Of a stretch of DNA of 64,000 nucleotides, positions 60,373 to 64,000 are shown one piece after another. The DNA comes from Phycisphaerae bacterium. Lineage in GTDB: Bacteria; Planctomycetota; Phycisphaerae; WQYP01. The notes under the pieces were generated by a model, which was not told the DNA's origin, searched no databases, and saw only the letters and a program-made list of their open reading frames with translations. The DNA is taken from contig JBMFGW010000004.1 of NCBI GenBank assembly GCA_049977145.1, positions 4,791 to 68,790 of the forward strand, given 5' to 3'. How positions within the stretch are numbered: position 1 is the stretch's first letter; each line of letters opens with the position of its first letter. The position numbers were made by a program, and so were the translations under genes.

Positions 60373-63324
60373 ATGATGCTGTTTAACTGTAATAATTACC
60401 GGCGTTCTTGGCTTGGCAGAGCACCAGCAATGTGGGCGGCCGTCCTTATGATGTTGGCATTCCCTATGGCTCGGGCGGAGGCTGCGGCGAACCCACCGAC
60501 CATCCTCCTTGCTCAAATTCCACGGACGGATCGCGTTAAACCGGTACTACCGCCGCGCACTGGTAGCGTCAACGCACCCAGTCGCCTGCGTTGCCAATGG
60601 ATGCGCGATCCACTGGGCGTGCAGGAACCGCATCCGCGCCTGACGTGGGCTCCACCGCAAAGGGACACATTCCGGCACGAGGCGGCATATCAGATACAAG
60701 TAGCACAATCTATGGCTGATCTTGGCGATGGGCATAATCTGATCTGGGATTCGGGAAAAGTGACGGAGAATCCGGACCTTCTCCCGCAATACAATGGCCC
60801 GGTATTTCATCCGTACACGCATTATTTTTGGCGCGTGCGGGTATGGAGTCGATCCGGCTGGCAATCGCAATGGAGCCGCACGGCCAGTTGGATGACCGGT
60901 CCGCTGAAGTCCAGCGAGTGGCGGGGAAGCTGGATCAGTTATCAGCATAAGATCAGCAATCCATTCTACACCGCACCGCATAATGCTTATTACGGTTTGC
61001 CGTTGCCGAAGAAGATTTTCCATAAAAGTTGGATTCAGAAGGAACCGTGCCCGATTTTTCGCAAGGTGTTTCATGTGCCCGGAAACTTGCAGCATGCCTG
61101 CATGTATATATCGGGTTTGGGTTATTGGGAGGTGCGCGTCAATGGCCATGCGGTTGGTCCGGGCGTGCTTTATTCCACGATGTATGATTACTCCAAAGCT
61201 GTACCCTATCAAAGTTTTGATGTGAGTTCCCTGTTACGCAAGGGAAAACGCAATGTTATCTCGATTGCATTGGGGAATGGTTGGTACAACATTATGGAAC
61301 GCGATACGTGGGGATTCCAAAACGCCTTCTGGCGGGCTTGGCCGCGTGCGCGGATGAACTTGCTGCTGCAAACACCGGGCGGAAAAAAACAATGGATTGT
61401 CACCAACAATACTTGGCAGGCCGCGGATGGACCGCGCTTGGCCGACGGCGTATATAACGGCGAAGTATATGACGCAGCGCTAAAAATTCGTGGTTGGAAT
61501 GATCCCGATCAGGCAATGCCGAGCCTTGCCCATGCCCAAATGGTGAAAGCTCCACCGGGCCGGCTCACATCGCAACTTATGCCACCGTGCGAAGTGGTGC
61601 AACGCCTGGCCCCGGTGTCCATTACGGAGCCACAGTCACATGTATTTGTGGTGAAATTCCCAGAGAATATGTCAGGCTGGGTGACACTTACCGCCAAGGG
61701 TAAACCCGGCGTGCCGGTGGTGTTAGGCTATGGCGAACGTCTGTTCGCCAATGGATTGGTAAACCGAAAGCCGATCTCCGTGTATAGCCTGACCGGATCG
61801 TTTCAGACCGACACTGTTATTCCCGCTAGCAATAAGCCGTTCACCTACCATCCGAATTTTGCATACAACGGTTTTCAGTATGTGCAGATCAACGGGCTGA
61901 AATCAAAGAGAGATATCGTCAAGATTCAGGCGGATTTTATTCATACGGCTTTCCACCGTAGCGGGGTGTTCTGGTGTTCCAATGAACTCCTGGATGCTAT
62001 TGTGGACGCCACCAACCGCAGCTACTGTTCAAATTTCATGGGATATCCAACGGATTGCCCGAGTCGTGAAAAACTGGGCTGGACCGGTGACACATGGCTG
62101 GCATCGACACAGGGCATGATGACGTACGACAATCAGGCTGGATACGCAAAATGGCTCCATGATTTCAGTGAGACACAGTACCCAAGCGGCCAACTATCCT
62201 TGATTGTGCCAAACCCTAACGACTGGTTGAATGCGATATCGCCTGATTTTGAGAGTTCTTACGAATTTGTGACTTGGAACGAGTATCTGTATACGGGTGA
62301 CGGAAAAGTATTGCGCCAACATTATAATGGGATAAAAAGATACTTTCTCTATACCCTCGCCCTATATAAAAGCACACATGGAAAAGGGTGGGTATTGGGC
62401 GACTGGGCTACTTGTAGCCACACGCCTCCACCGACTTTTTTTGTTTCTTCCTGCATTCTGTACCATGATGCGATTTTGTTGCAGCGGATGGCCGGTATTT
62501 TAGGAAGAACCGCCGATGCAAAAGTTTTTGCCTCCGACGCTGCGGAGATACGAACGGCTTTCAATGCGCAGTATTATCATGGCCGCGGCATTTATGATAA
62601 TGGCGGTCAAGCTGCCGAAGCTTTGCCACTTTACTATGGATTGGTGCCAGTTGATGTGTGTGCGGCGGTTGTCCGCCAACTGGTGGCAGATGTTCACGCC
62701 CATCGCGACCATCTGGACGTTGGTATTTTTGGGGATAAATGTCTCTTTCGTGTTTTAAGCCGCTATGGCCACACCGCGCTGGCCTACCGCATCGCTACCC
62801 AAACCACTTATCCCAGCTACGGGCAATGGATACTCGACGGGGCTACTACGCTTTGGGAGGGCTGGGGAACCAAGGCGGTGTTGCCGACAAAACAGCAAGG
62901 ACCGGCGTCTCTGAATCACATCATGTTCGGCGATATCTTGGGTTGGATGTACAACGATCTGGCTGGGATAAAGCCGGATTGGCGATCTCCGGGTTTTCGC
63001 ACGGTGTTGATTGACCCGCATCCGATCCGCGGATTATCGTGGGCGGGTGCGGCACATGACAGCCGGTTTGGAAAGATCGTCAGCAGTTGGCGTTGGCATA
63101 ACCAACAATTGCATCTCATTGTGGTCATTCCACCAGCTACTACCGCCGTCATCAGACTGCCGCATGGTGGTCAATCGAGTATCCAATGCAACGGCTCCAA
63201 GTTGAATGCACAAAGCGTTGGGGTGCTAAGCGTAACACGAGCTGCGAAGAAAAGCGACGCGATAACGGTAGAAGTTGCACCTGGCCGGTACGAGTTCAGC
63301 TATGTGCCCCGGGGGACATCGTAG
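60373..63324 (+). CDS. Glycoside hydrolase family 78 alpha-L-rhamnosidase
   Basis: Signal peptide and GH78 catalytic (alpha/alpha)6 region with the GYPTDCPSREKLGWTGDTWL motif. 983 aa. Confidence 0.85.
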   Translation: MMLFNCNNYRRSWLGRAPAMWAAVLMMLAFPMARAEAAANPPTILLAQIPRTDRVKPVLPPRTGSVNAPSRLRCQWMRDPLGVQEPHPRLTWAPPQRDTFRHEAAYQIQVAQSMADLGDGHNLIWDSGKVTENPDLLPQYNGPVFHPYTHYFWRVRVWSRSGWQSQWSRTASWMTGPLKSSEWRGSWISYQHKISNPFYTAPHNAYYGLPLPKKIFHKSWIQKEPCPIFRKVFHVPGNLQHACMYISGLGYWEVRVNGHAVGPGVLYSTMYDYSKAVPYQSFDVSSLLRKGKRNVISIALGNGWYNIMERDTWGFQNAFWRAWPRARMNLLLQTPGGKKQWIVTNNTWQAADGPRLADGVYNGEVYDAALKIRGWNDPDQAMPSLAHAQMVKAPPGRLTSQLMPPCEVVQRLAPVSITEPQSHVFVVKFPENMSGWVTLTAKGKPGVPVVLGYGERLFANGLVNRKPISVYSLTGSFQTDTVIPASNKPFTYHPNFAYNGFQYVQINGLKSKRDIVKIQADFIHTAFHRSGVFWCSNELLDAIVDATNRSYCSNFMGYPTDCPSREKLGWTGDTWLASTQGMMTYDNQAGYAKWLHDFSETQYPSGQLSLIVPNPNDWLNAISPDFESSYEFVTWNEYLYTGDGKVLRQHYNGIKRYFLYTLALYKSTHGKGWVLGDWATCSHTPPPTFFVSSCILYHDAILLQRMAGILGRTADAKVFASDAAEIRTAFNAQYYHGRGIYDNGGQAAEALPLYYGLVPVDVCAAVVRQLVADVHAHRDHLDVGIFGDKCLFRVLSRYGHTALAYRIATQTTYPSYGQWILDGATTLWEGWGTKAVLPTKQQGPASLNHIMFGDILGWMYNDLAGIKPDWRSPGFRTVLIDPHPIRGLSWAGAAHDSRFGKIVSSWRWHNQQLHLIVVIPPATTAVIRLPHGGQSSIQCNGSKLNAQSVGVLSVTRAAKKSDAITVEVAPGRYEFSYVPRGTS

Positions 63325-63355
63325 AACGGCAACTTGGATTTGGCGGGACACTTCA

Positions 63356-64000
63356 TGAATAAATTAAAAAATTTGTTTCGTACCCCGGACGGCGCAAACC
63401 ACTGGCTGACGTTTGTCCTGGTCACCAGCTTGTTTCTGCTTTGGGGCGCTTTTGGCGGCATGATTGATGTGCTCAATAAGCACTTTCAGGATTCCTTGGG
63501 CGTAAGCAAGGCTCAGTCCGCGCTGGTGCAAGGCTCCTGGTATGGGGCCTATTGCCTGATGGCGTTACCTTCGGGCTGGGTCGCTCGCCGTCTTGGTTAT
63601 CGCGGAGGAATCCTTACCGGGCTGACACTGGCGCTAGCTGGCTCCCTGCTGTTTATCCCGGCGGAGCAAATTAAGGGTTCGCAAGCGGTGATGTTTGCGG
63701 CGTTTCTCCTGGCGCTTTTTGTGGTAGGGGCCGGAATGAGTTTTCTGGAGACCGTGTGCAACCCTTACACCACGGTCCTGGGGCCCGTTGACAGTGCTGT
63801 TTCACGCATTAACCTGGCGCAGAGCTGTAACGCTGTGGGGTGGATGGTTGGTCCGATTATCATTAGTGCTTTTATCATGTCCAAAAGCGGCGTGGCCAAT
63901 ACCAGCAACGCTTCACTGTATCTTCCCTATCTCTTCCTGGCCGGAGTCGTGGCCATCCTGGTGGTGGCCTTTATCGTGGCACCGGTGCCGGACATTCATG
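63356..64000 (+). CDS. MFS transporter, FucP (L-fucose/glucose-galactose:H+ symporter) family, 3'-truncated by window end
   Basis: It is not in the ORF table because no stop lies within the window. ATG at 63356, with FucP-like TM1-TM6 (LFLLWGAFGGMIDVLNKHFQDSLG...). Confidence 0.7.

Noticed and set aside
1-64000. tRNA, rRNA and CRISPR scan by eye (T-loop GGTTCGA-like motifs, regularly spaced short direct repeats)
   Set aside because: No cloverleaf-compatible segment or repeat-spacer array was found. The only repeats are the ~550-bp intercassette repeats and the intragenic 705-bp duplication.

Overview
This is a 64-kb stretch of a high-GC bacterial chromosome. A DUF1559 prepilin-like H-X9-DG protein, a MoxR-DUF58-BatA/B-like operon and near-leaderless promoters make Planctomycetota or Verrucomicrobiota the most likely source.

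Nt 1-41500 is mostly core genome. It carries dnaB (5' end cut by the window), uppP, an ExbB-ExbD-ExbD/TPR/VWA cluster, the MoxR aerotolerance-like operon, conserved hypotheticals, a GT4 glycosyltransferase, a PyrK-like reductase, a GH35 beta-galactosidase, a rhodanese, lpxD, a porin, cydAB with a divergent Rrf2 regulator, psd, speA, an ArsR regulator, serA, and yihY fused to a wHTH domain.

Nt 41500-56700 is an accessory defence island of about 15 kb in which every gene is on the minus strand. It holds VapBC, an overlapping two-gene operon of unknown function, an AIPR abortive-infection protein, and a cytoplasmic trypsin-like serine protease that sits as an apparent fourth gene of a Type I restriction-modification operon (hsdR-hsdM-hsdS-protease). 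It also holds a remnant of an IS1634/IS4-family transposase, and an addiction-module killer/antidote pair whose killer gene carries an in-frame TAA. The cassettes are separated by three copies of a structured non-coding repeat of about 550 bp, and each cassette ends in a recurrent 13-14-nt motif (AACGATGGATGTC). No integrase, tRNA or CRISPR array is visible in the window.

Nt 56875-64000 is a carbohydrate-utilisation cluster. It contains a 1161-aa double SGNH esterase with a very recent 705-bp internal tandem duplication, a GH78 alpha-L-rhamnosidase, and a FucP-like MFS transporter cut by the window end.

The most likely candidates for an undescribed system are the unknown two-gene operon at 43853-45390, the protease-linked Type I R-M/AIPR module, and the repeat-delimited cassette architecture itself.
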